DNA of 64,000 nucleotides. It comes from Eledone cirrhosa. Lineage: Eukaryota. The DNA lies in NCBI GenBank assembly GCA_964016885.1, contig OZ024743.1, positions 111,476,001-111,540,000 of the forward strand, given 5' to 3'. This document shows, piece by piece, positions 1 through 15,265 of this stretch; positions within the stretch are counted from its first letter, which is position 1, and the number at the start of each line of letters is the position of its first letter. The notes under the pieces are model-generated. The model did not search any database and was not told the DNA's origin. It saw nothing but the letters and a program-made list of their open reading frames with translations. Both the position numbers and the translations under genes were made by a program.

Positions 1-207
1 GATTAGATGTGAACAGAAGGATGAAATATGGAAATAAAGTTTGAAGGTTAAGTATTAAGAGATAACTTGTTCTCGGAAATCAAATCTAAAAAATAGAATA
101 TATTTCATTGTAATTGTCTATAATGACTTACGAGTATACATTGGGTAACTGGTATTATTCATCATATGTTTCCGACTCTTTCGATATATATACACACACA
201 CACACTC

Positions 208-294
<87 letters not shown>

Positions 295-812
295 GTGTAT
301 TTATATATCACAAATATATATTCATATAAATATATAATGTATATGCATATGATTACATAGAGAGACTGATACGTACGTGTTGTATTTGCGTTTGTGTACA
401 CGTCTGCGATACCTTTTGGATGCCTAATGTGTTTCTATTTGCGGATGTGTTTATTGTGTTCTACGTATTCACATAGAAAATATGACAGACTCACGAAGAC
501 ACCCACACACACATATACTAATATACAGGCATATACATGCTCACATAAATGTAAGAATATATCTAGTATGGTATTGTCCCGATATTTTCCGACTTATCCA
601 TATACATAAACGCCTAAATAAAGTTTCTAGTTAGTGAAAACAATGTTTATTTTCAAAGTTACTCCATTATCACGCAAGTTGACGTCATCAGCTAGAGGTC
701 ATGAAACTCACTCTTGTTTTGTTGGTGTACGATAATAATGTTTAGGACTAAAAACGATTAAATGGTTGCATATACATTCCTGAAAAAATGTTCAATATAT
801 TGAATCAGGTAC

Positions 813-941
813 CTTCTTTCATTAATATGTACATAGTGCATTGCTGAATTAGAGTTGCGATCATGTATTTGTAAAAGGCTGGTAACAATCTTCTCCTCTA
901 TGCTTCTGTCGTATTCACAACCATTAGTGAAGTAAAATGCA
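813..941 (-). CDS. candidate internal host exon (AFYFTNGCEYDRSIEEKIVTSLLQIHDRNSNSAMHYVHINER), product unknown
   Basis: Open frame in non-repetitive sequence bounded by TTCTTTATGGTTATATAG| and AAG|GTACCT; 129 nt, phase 2-2; no homology recognised. Confidence 0.25.
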
Positions 942-2339
942 CTATATAACCATAAAGAAATGTTTAATATCTCACGATAGAGACTATAATGTTGAGTTTC
1001 AGCATTAATGTTATAATATCCATGCAAAAACTACTACCATTATGAAAATTAGCGAATCATGATTTAGATTATGAAGTATCTTCTATATGTGTATGCCTAT
1101 ACATTATTTTCTTCAGTATGGATTTAAACACAATCTAGCATGACGCTGATTTTCACCCATTACTTTTTTCTGCTCTGTTTTTTTGTTATACACGTCTAGC
1201 TTTCTATTTTTTTCTTTTTCGCCCTCTTATACTTCCGATGAAGAACTAACATCAACAACGTTAACATACAATGTCTAATATATCAAGCGTTAAACATATC
1301 ATCAATCTACCGTAAGTTCTCTCGCGTGGTTTCTCTTTGTCAACCTTTCGCATGTATATATATATATACAGTTCAAGAGTAACCAATCTTAAAGAGAGAG
1401 ATGGAGATAGCAGAGGAGAAGAGAGATTGGTGAATTAGTTAGAAGCCAAACGCGTAAAGGCATGTGCTCAATGTGCAATATGCAGTGGAAGGCAACTAGG
1501 TGGCTTGGTTTATGCCAAGATTAGGTGCAGAGAGCTGGAAATATTCATTAGTTAAGAAAAAAAAGACCACAAATTTCACAAGGAAGACATTATTTAAAGA
1601 TTGTCAGCATAGTTGTAATGATAGAGCGGAGCTAACTATTAGCTGTCAACATCGAAGGGCTAATTCCTTCGCCAACAGAATATTTGACCCAACATAGTCA
1701 TCTAATCCCACTTTTTTTTTCTAATAACTAACATGTTAAATAGTTAGAGCTAACTTAGATAATTATATGTTACCTCCCTTACAATGTCTCTCACTTAAAC
1801 TCATTAGCACTTCTTAACTATAAACCACCTACAATTTCTAATTTCTTGAGGAGTTACTTACCCTGAGACCACCCTCTAAATGGTAAGATAAATATGTCCT
1901 TTGGCGGCCATCTTGTTACCCATAGGCAGATGTCGCATAACGCAGCCGCGACAAAAGAAATTGCTCGCCTATGGCAGACAATAGATAGACCCAGGATACC
2001 ATAGTCAAATACCAATATATGGAACATTACATTCATGTAACCATCTTTCTTTACCTTAATTTATATTCCTTTTGAAGTTCCGATGAACTGCTGCAATTTT
2101 ATCTAAGTTAATTATCTTCAACTGAAGCAGATCAATAATGATCTATAAACATTATATGAAGTAGCGAAACAATTGTAAACTGACAGTATTAGTATTATTA
2201 TTATTCTTTACATTCCTTACATTAAATTACAACTATGTTGGCAATCTTTAAATTAATGTCTTCCTTGTGAAATGTGTGGTCTTGCTTTGCTTAACTAATG
2301 AATATATATATATATATATATTCATTAGTATATTCATTA

Positions 2340-2444
<105 letters not shown>

Positions 2445-2939
2445 CCTAACATGTGTATTTCAATCCTGATTATATAAATATATATAATCAAGATTGATAG
2501 CAAACGTGAAATGAGTTCACATACAGATATGGGGATGTATATGTACACACATTATTCTATGATATACAGAATATATTTTTCACACAAACACAGAAACACA
2601 CAAACATACACTCCCCCATATATATATATATATATATATATAATTTTATTTATTGTTGTCCCAACACGGCGCAAAAGCAGTACATAAGGTCATAAGGCAC
2701 AATATTGACCATATCTCTAAGATATAAGAGGAATGAAAAGTGTGATCCATCTTCAGGCGCTTATACGAGTTAGTAAAATCTTTTGTTCCACGTATGTACA
2801 TAAATAAATAATACAATGTGTACTCTCTCTGACCGATTGAGCACTGGTTTCCTTTATCCTGTTTCATACATTCGGATATTGCTACGCACACACACACACA
2901 CTTACACATACACACACACACACACAAACACACACACAT

Positions 2940-3022
<83 letters not shown>

Positions 3023-3034
3023 TATATATATATC

Positions 3035-3174
3035 AAAAGAGTCAGGACCCCGACGGCTAAGCTCCGGTCGTTTCGAGGGTCCTGACTCTTTTCCTATTAC
3101 CCACTCTACTACCCTAAGTATTGTGTGCTATGGTGCGTTATGGTCCACTTGGTATCTCACCATATCCTCCGTGT

Positions 3175-3175
<1 letters not shown>
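3035..3175. mobile_element. short fold-back element of the half-hammerhead family, in (TA)n
   Basis: AAAAGAGTCAGGACCC...GGGTCCTGACTCTTTT inverted arms; minus strand reads GAAAC-GACCGGAGCTTAGCC-GTC-GGGGTC; tail CCTATTACCCACTCTACTACC...GGTGCGTTATGGTCCAC shared with copies at 36.2, 36.4, 57.1 and 61.9 kb. Confidence 0.75.
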
Positions 3176-3205
<30 letters not shown>

Positions 3206-3435
3206 AAGTGAGAGAGAGAGCGAGAGAAGGTGTGTGTGTGTTTGCGAGTGTTTGTGTGTATGTGTGCTTTGTTTGTGTGTTAGTTTGTGGGATACAAGTA
3301 TACCAAACATACACATAAACAGTTATGGAATAGCATAAAATAAATAATCGATTCTACTTCAATAGGTTTATAATAAGTCCCATAATCACTTTTGTTAATT
3401 ACCGATTGTATGCGTTTCTAGCTTCTTTAATTTAC

Positions 3436-3545
3436 GAAATCACTGAAAGAGTTTTACTGATAATGTGTGTCACACTGGTCTTTGCATCAATAATTAATAC
3501 TAGTGCAAGGCGAACCAAAAATGTAGTTATGATTTTTTTATGCAT
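3436..3545 (-). CDS. candidate first coding exon with signal-peptide-like start (MHKKIITTFLVRLALVLIIDAKTS...)
   Basis: ATG at 3545, basic then hydrophobic N-terminus, donor TC|GTAAAT in phase 2 compatible with the 813-941 candidate. Confidence 0.2.
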
Positions 3546-4489
3546 TTGGGCATCCCTGTGACAGAAATGTGAATATCTCATGTTTGACTTGTGCTCAATC
3601 TTTCTCTGTTTCCTGGAAATATTTGAGAAACACATCAATCTCAACGCATATTATTCCCATTGCGTGTAGTATTTACTGAGAAAAAAACATCATCTGTGTA
3701 AAGATACACTAAATTTATTCGAACGTCCAGTGAATATGCTCCTCATATTTCTGAGACTCGGTGTGGTTGTTGATGTGTGTGGTGCTGTGATAGGCTAAGT
3801 GACTCTCAATGTATAACATACACAAATTGGGTTTAGTCAATACAGCATTAGGTTAATAATATTTTAAAAGAGATGTGCAATAATAAAATTCATAAATTTT
3901 GTTATGTTATTCTGTAAAATATTTAGAATTCCTTCTTCACCTCCTGTACTCAACCCCGCTAGCGTCGAATTTCTGTAGGTATGAATAGCCACGCATCAGT
4001 AAGAGAAATATATATATATATATATTGAGATGTAATTTTCGATGGGGTCGCAGAGCCGTTGTAGTAAAATACAATATCTTGGGCACTTTAAACTCGGTAA
4101 AACTCATCACTCTCCAATTCTGATATCAGGAAAGTGTGAGAAAGATTTTATACTCCCGAAGTTCCTCCTGTTTGTACCAGTATAATGGGTTGGTATTTAA
4201 TACGTCGACATTTGTCTTTGTAATTGATTGGTTCAGATTTATTTATTGGCCATGATTCAGATGTCGATTAGATACGAAATATTCCATTGTTGATTTTGTT
4301 TCTAATGGATGTTGTTTTATTATATTATAAGTTGCGCTTTGTGGCTGAATAATTATATCTGTGAGTTGGACCTATTCTGTTTGGGTGTCTTGCAATAGCC
4401 TATTGCTCCTTTGTTGATGGGTGAGGTTGTGAGAGTTTAAAAAAGAAATATATATATATATAGACAGAATGCGTCGAGTACAATACTAT

Positions 4490-4620
4490 AACAGGTTTAT
4501 TTTATCAACCTTGAAACAAGATACGGCTAAATTCTCCTCGGCAGTATGTTAACCACGAGCGCAAAGAGCATCAACAATTAGCTCGAAGAATTCTGTCCGA
4601 CCTTCTAACGACTTGCCTAT
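4490..4620 (-). mobile_element. highly decayed tRNA-derived SINE
   Basis: Resembles reverse complement of the SINE copies elsewhere in the window (TTATTTTATCAACC...CCTCGGCAG...CTAACGACTTGCC). Confidence 0.5.
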
Positions 4621-4955
4621 ATAGCGCCTGATGAAATCAATATTGCGTAAAGGAAAATAATGAAGGCTTCCGCTTACAATTTCTAAACGAATGTCTTTCT
4701 CTGTATTTACATTGCTAATGTTCTTGAGAAACCTATACATTCTATAATGCCCTTATTTTCTCTTTCAGTATTTATGTAAAACGATAAGTGGCCGAGTAGC
4801 ATAGATAAATATATGAGAAGTAAAATAGTTGCTTATGACTCTGCGATCAAGTTTCGATATGTCCATAGAGAAAAAATATTGGTGGAAGTAAACACCACAT
4901 TTCTCAGCTCCATCCTTTGTGATAAATCAATGCACATCTCTCGTCCTATCTTCGC

Positions 4956-5178
<223 letters not shown>

Positions 5179-5700
5179 AGAGAGTCCGGAGCCCAACGGC
5201 TAAGCTCTTGCCGTTTCAACAGTTAGTTTAATATTTGCCCTGCATCGTAGCGTAGCTATTCATAATTATGTTACTTAACGAATTAAATGATTAACGTTTA
5301 CCTTGTCTTAAGTGAGTGTTTTACGACGAAATAGATTCTTACTACTGATTGCATAAGCAAAATGGTGTTCACATGTGTACATATGTATATTAGAAAATCT
5401 TTGGCCGTGTAAATAATTTCACATATGTATTAGGGACATACATCGTAATTTGACTAAGTCACAAAGCTCAACATTATAAGAATACTCGGTTTATTTCGTT
5501 AGTGCATCACAATATTATTCTAATTAGGTCTGAGGATGTTCTTGTAATACTTAAAGAACTAATACAAATAAACAAAAATAATGTTGTTGCATGTTATATT
5601 GATGTGGGTGTTCTAGGTTCACAGTGAAGATAATTATCAATATACACCGATGTGCGTATGTGTGTGTATGTGCGTGGAGATTCATATTCGGGTGGGTTGT

Positions 5701-5766
<66 letters not shown>

Positions 5767-5806
5767 TTCAAAATATTAACAAAATAGATATTCTTGTGAT
5801 CAAGTA

Positions 5807-5873
5807 TATTTTATTATACATAGTTCAGAGGTATTGAGTTAACTTCAAATGTACGTCCTCATCAGATAAAATA
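5807..5873 (-). ncRNA. type I hammerhead motif with mutated core (GAAA>GAAC)
   Basis: TATTTTAT-CTGATGA-stem II-GAAC-TATGTA-TA-ATAAAATA; 8-bp stem I; intact paralogue at 46191. Confidence 0.7.
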
Positions 5874-7729
5874 AGATGATGCATGACATACCCTGACATA
5901 GTAGATGGTTAAGATTCAGTCATGGTAGTGAGTAATATATGACAAACCTCAATATGTATATACCTTAATATTAAGAACATGATAAAAATATATAATACAT
6001 ACAATATAGAGGGTGCTTGGCATCAATATAAAAGTTAAACAAATTTAAATTACTGAAGAAAGAGGAAAGAAAGGAAAGCATAGAGGAAGAAACAGCTGCT
6101 GCGATAATATAGTTAGTAGGGATCTCGAAAATCAAAAGAGAGTTGATTACAGAGAGAGAGACAAAGAGGAATAATTTATGTTCAAATTTTTAGACAATTA
6201 TCCATATATAAAATATATATCTAAACTTATTTGGTTGACCGTTAATATTCAAAATATTTAATTTAAGTTAGTTCAGAATAATGAATAATATTTAAGGCTT
6301 TAAAAGTTAACAGGTATCTGTATTAATATTAAAATATACCATCAAATTTAATTTCTAAAATGAAATTTAGTGAAATCAAATTTAAAGGATTTACAAACAC
6401 GAGAAAGAAAACATAATGTTTTACAACCTCACGAAGGTAAACTTTACCAAAATGATTTATAATATTGACAGCAGTTTATATAATATAATTTAGAAATTTT
6501 TAAAGAATTTATGATTAACAATTTGAGTGCCTAAACGACCAACAGGCCTTATCATTAAACTTAAAGAGGTCTGAATCTTAAATTACATATATGTGTTTAT
6601 CAAAAGAAAAAAATACACAAATATTATATTGTCTAAAGACTTAGATGATACCTTTCAAATATACATAACATAAAACAATATACTAAATAAGTTACTGAGA
6701 ATATTGTTAAAAATTAATGTTTTAGATCAATTATTGTAAAAGGATCATGTAATAGATATATACTATAAATATATAAGTCAAACCTACATGAGTCCTAAGT
6801 ATAAGGGCTAGATAAAAAATAAAAAGTGAAAAAATAATCAATTGTTTGCGAAACCTTAAAATGCCCAGTATTAAACATATAGTTTAAAATGCAAGAGGAT
6901 TTTAATATATAGTAGGCAAAAGATACTTCTAAAATGTCCAGCGAATGTGATAGAAAGAGGAGCTAAAGATTTGAAAAAGCCGAAGGTAATCTAAATTTAA
7001 TTAAAATAAAATAAATTAAATTAAGTAATAATGCTTATATAATTTCGAACATCAAGGGAATATCTAACACTTATAACAATAGAGAGTCATTTGAGTATTC
7101 AGATTACTTATAAATGTAACTACGAACATGTTATTACACTAGATAAACATATTTGTACAACTATATAGAGAGAGTATTATAGGTATTAGTGAAACGATAT
7201 ACATATCATAAATAAATAATTACAATCATTAATATTAATGCTATAATTGTAGTTTTACCTCCAGGTCAGTGGAAAGAGAGACCAATATTTGTCGACTAGT
7301 ATGGTTTGTTATATTTACACCTATATATATATACACAAATATATATGTGTAAATCTAACTTTCTGACTCCCAAAACATACCCAAAATGAGTAAAATATAT
7401 AAATGCATGAATGATCTACGGTTCAATTATAACCGGTAATCTTACAAGTTAAATATCCAAATTATATTTAAAACAAAGACAAATATATAAAGATCCGAAT
7501 CTAAATTAGAAATATCTAAAATAATCCAAAGGTGTGCATATTTATCAAGAGAACATATTAAGAAATAATATGTCTATATACCTAAACAGGATCCTTCATT
7601 CTAACATTAATTCTATAATAGATGATTAGAAAATAAAGTATTATTAAAGTTTTATAACCTGTTATAACCTGTTATAACGTTTTAGGTCCAACAGTTGATA
7701 AGAGACGTCAAAAATTAAAACCTGTTTGT

Positions 7730-9260
7730 TTAGTGTTTTTTCCTGACTTTTTGCGAGGCTTGGAATGTAGACAAAGCTTTATGAAGGCAGTTTGAGAATA
7801 ATTCACTTTTTTTGTTAATTAAGTTTTCATAAGTAATAATTATTAATAGGGTCTCCTTTGTGCAGTTAGTTGATATAGACGAGTTCGAGTAGATTCTACT
7901 ATTACAATGCTTCGTCCAAAAAATCGAGTATTTTAATTGTTTGTCTTTTAATGACCATATAAGTTGTGATAAAGAAGTCGAAGACTTCCTATTAAAATTC
8001 GAAAACGAGCATTTGTGATTCGCAAATCTCGATTTAAATATCGAAGAAGTTGCCCCTATGTAGTTGTATGTGTTGTTATTGTTTTTTTACGGTGCATTTA
8101 TACACCAAATTTCTATCAAGACAATTATTTTGCAGAGGGCAATCTAGTTTATTTCTACAATTACATTTCGATTTATTATTATTTATATTAACACTATTAT
8201 TAACACCATTAGGCTGATTTTGGTTCATAATTCTACTATTTAGTTTAGCGATGTTTTGGGCCATATTCATAGTTGTAGAATAAGAAAGCTTAATTGTGTG
8301 TCTATTAAATATGGAACGGTATTTATGTTGACTAGGGAAGGAATTATCTAACGCACTAAAAATGAATTAGATAGTGGTGTTCTTACTGCTACAGAAGCAG
8401 GGGGGGGGCAAACCATATAACTGATTTAGTTCGGGTTCTTTTCCCCGATTTATTCACAGTACAGGTGTTTGAATTATAATTTTTAGAATTTCGTTAATAC
8501 ATGCCAGTCATATTATTATTATTTTTATCAGGATTAAGATTCGAATTATTATGGTCTATATATTATATATTATTTTTATAACCTGCCTTTCTTAGAGCAT
8601 CATTGTAATATCCTGCTTTTTCATCAAATATTGATTTATTGGCAGATATTCTAGTTATGCGTTTCTGTACACTATTGAGAATTGCATTTTTCACAGATTT
8701 AGGGTGATTAGAGTAATATCTAACGTAATTTAAGTTTTCATTGGGCTTATGGAAATGGTACTAAAAAACAGAGTTTAAGTTAAGGGTAACATCAAGGAAA
8801 TTAACTATTTTCGTACCACTTTCTACCTCTAATTTAATGTTGTAATTTTTAAAAAATTCAATTATATTTTTCTTTACCCTATTTAGTTATGTATTGCTGT
8901 GTTTAACAACCGTAAATAAAATATCACCCCTATATAAACCACCGGTAACCTCCGGCAGTTTTCTATTTATCATATTTAAGATGGAGATCCCCAGAAGATC
9001 AGAGACTTGCGCTGAGTCCGATGATCCCATGGTAATGTCGAAGTTTCTATTTCTATCTGAACGGGTCCAATACACATTGTTGAAATTAATTAGAGTTCTT
9101 CTAGCCGATAATATGATATCGATTTCATCCGTACTTAGATCTGTATGTTTGTAAGCGTAGGATAAAGCCTTATTTAGTAGGTTAGGCATAATGGAAGAGT
9201 AATAGCTTGTTATATCCATCTAGATGAATTTATGATTTTTCTTATCATCTATATTTTTAT
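7730..9260 (-). pseudogene. Naiad-type PLE reverse transcriptase + GIY-YIG endonuclease, disrupted
   Basis: Motifs [30 protein letters not shown] (from YRDD), VNFLDVTLNL, SNHP, KLSYS, CNC..CPL..C, LVYKC..YIGAT, FKSRFANH; several stops and frameshifts. Confidence 0.9.
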
Positions 9261-9276
9261 ACCAATCAATCACTTC

Positions 9277-9352
<76 letters not shown>

Positions 9353-9411
9353 CATACATACATATATATATTAATATATATATATATATATATATACATA
9401 TGTATACATAC

Positions 9412-10006
9412 ATGGTGGCTGTCAACTCGTTTTCGAGTACGGCCACTACTTTATATCCATGTAGGAGAAGCCCTACCGATGCGCTGAACGAGTGTGACAT
9501 TTCAGTCCAGCCAGCGACTTGAACACTCTGGTACAAGCACTACACTTGTGACAATTATTGACACAGTGCTGGGCCCATGGTATCATGTGACGACAAGTGC
9601 AGATAGATCTTCAGATATAAAGCAATGCCTGTGCCGTGAAGCTTTTATAGTGAGCAAAGGCACTGCACAAAGCCAGTCCCACTCTCTTAACCAAGATGAT
9701 ATTTACCAAAAAGAAGATCAAGTCAACATCATTGGATAACATCAGGGTTGCAGGTGCTATATCAGAGTTTTCCTTCTCCTAGAATTCTGCCTTGACAAAG
9801 GCTAAAGGATAATCTCTCCCGGTGATTTTGGATTGCCATTGACTCTTAAGTGCTATTTTGCCCTTTGACAGGTTTTGTTTTTAGTCCTGCAGGATGTCCA
9901 AAGTCACCCTCCTTACCAAGAAATCTTGGTGGGGTTGCCAGTTTAGTCGCCGACGACCTGACCATAAGACAGGTTGTACTGTATACATGTTACCAGTAGC
10001 ACCAAC
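9412..10006 (-). mobile_element. bipartite non-autonomous RTE derivative (RTE-like 5' UTR joined to C-terminal C2H2 finger and 3' end)
   Basis: Minus strand has CTAGGAGAAGGAAAACTCTGA (RTE 5' UTR motif), then [25 protein letters not shown] and 3' hairpin CTCGAAAACGAG; second copy at 58889-59290. Confidence 0.7.
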
Positions 10007-10064
10007 TATACATACATACATACATACATACATACATACATACATACATACATACATACATACA

Positions 10065-10099
<35 letters not shown>

Positions 10100-10858
10100 C
10101 GATCGTGTTTTACTTAAATCTGTTCGCGCTTGAACATTAATGATTCCGGGGTCTATGAATTAATAATATAGTTTGGGAGAAGGATAAAATTTCCCCAATA
10201 CCTTTGGCGTTAATACCGAATTGTTATTTCTCTCTGGGAAATGGAATATGCGTCAACTTATGAACCTTCGACTTTTGTTTCATTTTGATCGGTTGGTTTG
10301 GTTAGAAAGATTGCAATTAATTATTTGTAATTATCGAATTATTGAAGGAAAACTGAATTAAAAATTCATTCAGAAATAGATATTCTAAGGAAAAGAAAAT
10401 CTTGATTCCTATAATTTCAATAGCCATATTTTAGTATCGATCGCAAGGACTTATCTGCATAATACTAAAAGTCAGTGATTGCTTGCTTGATTACAACCAG
10501 AAGGGCGCATAATGGGAAACATACTTTGAAAGGAATTTGACCCTCAATTGGGGATACAAATGGAATAAAACAAGTTTCGCGTAAATCAGAGCACGGGTAA
10601 GCGAGAAATGTTTTTTTTTCATAAACAGAGCAAGAGAGAGATAGAGAGAGCAAGAAAGAAAGATAGAGAGAAAGAGATAATAGTTGTGAGAGAGTAAACT
10701 GTAATAAAGATATAGAGAGAGGGAGCGAAAACAGAGAAGGAGAATAGAAGAGAGAGAGAGAGCTGTTGGTGTTGTGTGTGTATATATATATGATGTGTAT
10801 TTGTTTGAGGGTTTCTATGACCAGATCACTGACACCCACATACACACACACACACATA

Positions 10859-10900
<42 letters not shown>

Positions 10901-10902
10901 CT

Positions 10903-10996
<94 letters not shown>

Positions 10997-11399
10997 TTTA
11001 TATATATATATATATACATACACGTATATATATGGGCCTTCCAGTTTCATTTCACAAAATATACATGTCTGTGAATATTTTGATCATTTAAAAGATATTT
11101 TTAAGTGAACATCATTTTTTTAGAAATATTTTGAAGTGAACGTGACCCAACGTGTCACGGATGGTCTAGTGATCAGTTATAAAAATCCTAAAACATTATC
11201 ATAAGAAGTCACATTTGGCATCATATTCTCGTACCTATTAACGTGATTTTCTCTTAAGGAATTTGAAATATGTTCAATTACACATGTTTCTATTCTCTAG
11301 ACATAGATGTAAACAATTTTGCCTTAGGTAAATCAAACTTTGCGAACTCGATCACCAATAATTCTATTACCAATTAAAATCATCCCCCAAACAATATAT

Positions 11400-11612
11400 A
11401 ATGGTTTCTTATAAAGGCAGAAGTCCAACAGTTTTGGGGGAGCGGAAAGTCAATTAAGTCGCCTCCAGTGCGTGACTGGTACTTTATTTTTGTCAATCCC
11501 GTAAGGAGGAAAGACAAAGTTAACCTAGGGGGGATTTGAACTTAGAACATAAAGGGCCCTAACTCGCTGCTGAAAAGCATGGCGTCCGACTGATACTGTC
11601 AATTCACCGTCC
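11400..11612 (-). mobile_element. tRNA-derived SINE (octopod-type, Nin/Deu-like core)
   Basis: Reverse complement has B-box-like GTTCAAATCC, CTTTCCTCCTTACGGG core, AAATAAAGTACCAGT. Confidence 0.8.
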
Positions 11613-12564
11613 TTCCACCAAAAAGAAATAATAAAAAAACATCTGGGAAACAAGGATATATAATAGAGATCACAGACACTCAAAAATAAATAAATAGAAC
11701 AAAGTCAAGCAAAAAAGTATAAACCGTGTTTCAGCGTATCCTATCCGTGATGGCTAATGGAACAAAGGTACTAAAGAAATAAAAGTTTAACTATTGTCAT
11801 TTTGCTTGTATCTACTTATCGATCTTCTTCGATCACTGAGCGGATACTCGTGTAGGTATTATTTTTATTTTTTTACAATATTGATGAACGATTGTTGATA
11901 GAAATAGGCGGGAAAAATCTTTTCACAATATACATTCAGAGCACACATTTCTCTAAGATTAAATGTCTTTTAGGTGTCGACATCCGTTTTTATTTGAATT
12001 TCTTCATTGATGTCTTTCTTTTATTTCTTTTTTATGGTTCAAATATCAGTGAAATCGCTTAGATTTCACCGAAAGATCACATAAGTTGCAAATGGTGCTA
12101 GAATTTCTCAATATAACGGAGAAGTTCAACGCACAGAACAAATAGTTTAAGATGCTTTCAAATTATATTGGCATATGCACACTATTGCAAATCTCTAAAG
12201 TTTATATGGATATTCCGATATTCTTAAGTCTAGTATGCTTTTAACAGAAATGGCTATGGTATATTTTCAAGCTGTCTCAATTATCTCACACAAACGTTCA
12301 CTCTCATAACTGATGTATGATAATATTTTTACAAAACTTTACTTATATGAACATATTTTACTGCCTACTGAGATAAATGTCGATAAACTCCCACAGTTAG
12401 GAATTACAGTAAAATGCCAGAAGTGTGTAAACGAATAAAAGATTGATGGCACATACAGACACAGACAAACTTATATATATATATTTCTATTTTGTATGTA
12501 TAATGGACCTGTTATGTTTATCTAAAGACACCTTTTTCCAATTCCAACCCGGCCGTCCCTTTCT

Positions 12565-12597
12565 TCTCATGAAGTACTAGCGTCCGAAACGTTGAGA
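12565..12597 (+). ncRNA. decayed minimal hammerhead motif in a short PLE-like 3' end (~12500-12690)
   Basis: TCTC-ATGAAGT...CC-GAAA-CG-TT-GAGA; stem I and the GAAACG half present, CUGANGA box has two mismatches. Confidence 0.4.
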
Positions 12598-13142
12598 CCA
12601 TCTTCCTGATATTTCAAGCATTAGCCTGATATATTCCTTCCGTATACTGTTCCGATTGTGTTGTTATTTTTGTTTACGGTTTATGTACACACACACACAC
12701 ACATACACACATACATACAAACATATATATATATATATATATATATAAACAAGATGGGTTGATAACACAAACATACAAAGGAAAGGAATATTTCAAAGCA
12801 AGCTGAAATAAGGTTTTATAGTTTCAACAATTTATTTAATCTATTTTACATTTCTTTGCGTTTTTCGAATGAGGATGATCGGACATGTGGTTGGTCAATA
12901 ACTGTATTATTTAATGGTAATTTATTAAGTTGTTTAGTAGGAAGAATTGTGGCCCTCACCCGTATCACGACTCGTCAGCTGGAAGACATATAAACAGTTT
13001 CTCGTAATTCCGTTGTATGTATTTGGGGCAGCAAGTACGAAATGCGATATCAGAATTTACTGCATATATATAACTAAACGCATGTATACATCGATATAAT
13101 ATGCAACTAGCTTTCTATACTTCTTTATATATATATATGCAA

Positions 13143-13211
<69 letters not shown>

Positions 13212-13223
13212 TATATATATATA

Positions 13224-14812
<1,589 letters not shown>

Positions 14813-14814
14813 AA

Positions 14815-15229
14815 TATTCCAGAGTCGGGCTAAATCGATACAGATCGAACCTTCAGCTGATTAGTAGCGAAACGCGCGTCACCAACGTAATGAAGGAGTA
14901 ACCATTCGTCCTTGTATTATTATATTACACTCTAGGGCGATGGATTGCCAGTATCGGTTGAGTGTCAGACACCATGCTTTGACGCATAGAGTTACGGCCC
15001 TTTCCATTCTGAGTTCAAATCCTGCCGAGGTCAACTTTGCCTTTCATCCTTATGGGGTCGATAAAATAAAGTACCAGTAATGTACTGGGTATTTGTTGAC
15101 CTAGTGCCAAAAAGTAGAAACAATTATTATATTACACTCTGTCTAACTCTACACCTCGACAGTGACGTGAACCTAAGCGTCGAGTGCTCACTCGTGTGAA
15201 CCAGAGTAACTCCGCGTTACACTCCCTGG

Positions 15230-15230
<1 letters not shown>
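14815..15230 (+). mobile_element. short element with hammerhead-like 3' half (GAAA-CGCGCG-TC), interrupted by a SINE
   Basis: Ends TCCAG...CTGGA in (TA)n; CAGCTGATTAGTAGCGAAACGCGCGTC at 14854-14880; related copy on minus strand at 55860-55985. Confidence 0.55.
14934..15122 (+). mobile_element. tRNA-derived SINE with target-site duplication
   Basis: A-box-like 5' end, GAGTTCAAATCC, GCCTTTCATCCTTATGGGGTCGATAAA core; ATTATTATATTACACTCT duplicated at 14916-14933 and 15123-15140. Confidence 0.9.

Positions 15231-15265
<35 letters not shown>

Larger units (their letters stand above)
5765..9265 (-). mobile_element. 5'-truncated Penelope-like element, Naiad type, with long AT-rich 3' UTR and terminal hammerhead
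   Basis: RT plus C-terminal GIY-YIG remnant at ~7730-9260, HHR at 5807-5873, both ends in (TA)n; 3' end homologous to 45340-46300. Confidence 0.85.

Noticed and set aside
640-700. Minus-strand CTGATGA...GAAA
   Set aside because: No pairable stem III or stem I and no valid NUH triplet
4030-4115. Minus-strand GTGATGA...GAAAATTACATC hammerhead-like text
   Set aside because: Uncompensated G3 and poor stems
7730-9260. Selenoprotein-type Naiad (in-frame TGA at Cys positions plus SECIS)
   Set aside because: Cys motifs in the three Naiad fragments use TGT/TGC and the stops I read in this ORF are TAA/TAG; no convincing SECIS read
12855-12985. Minus-strand CTGACGAG...GAAA
   Set aside because: Stem II not adjacent to the core, no stem III or cleavage triplet
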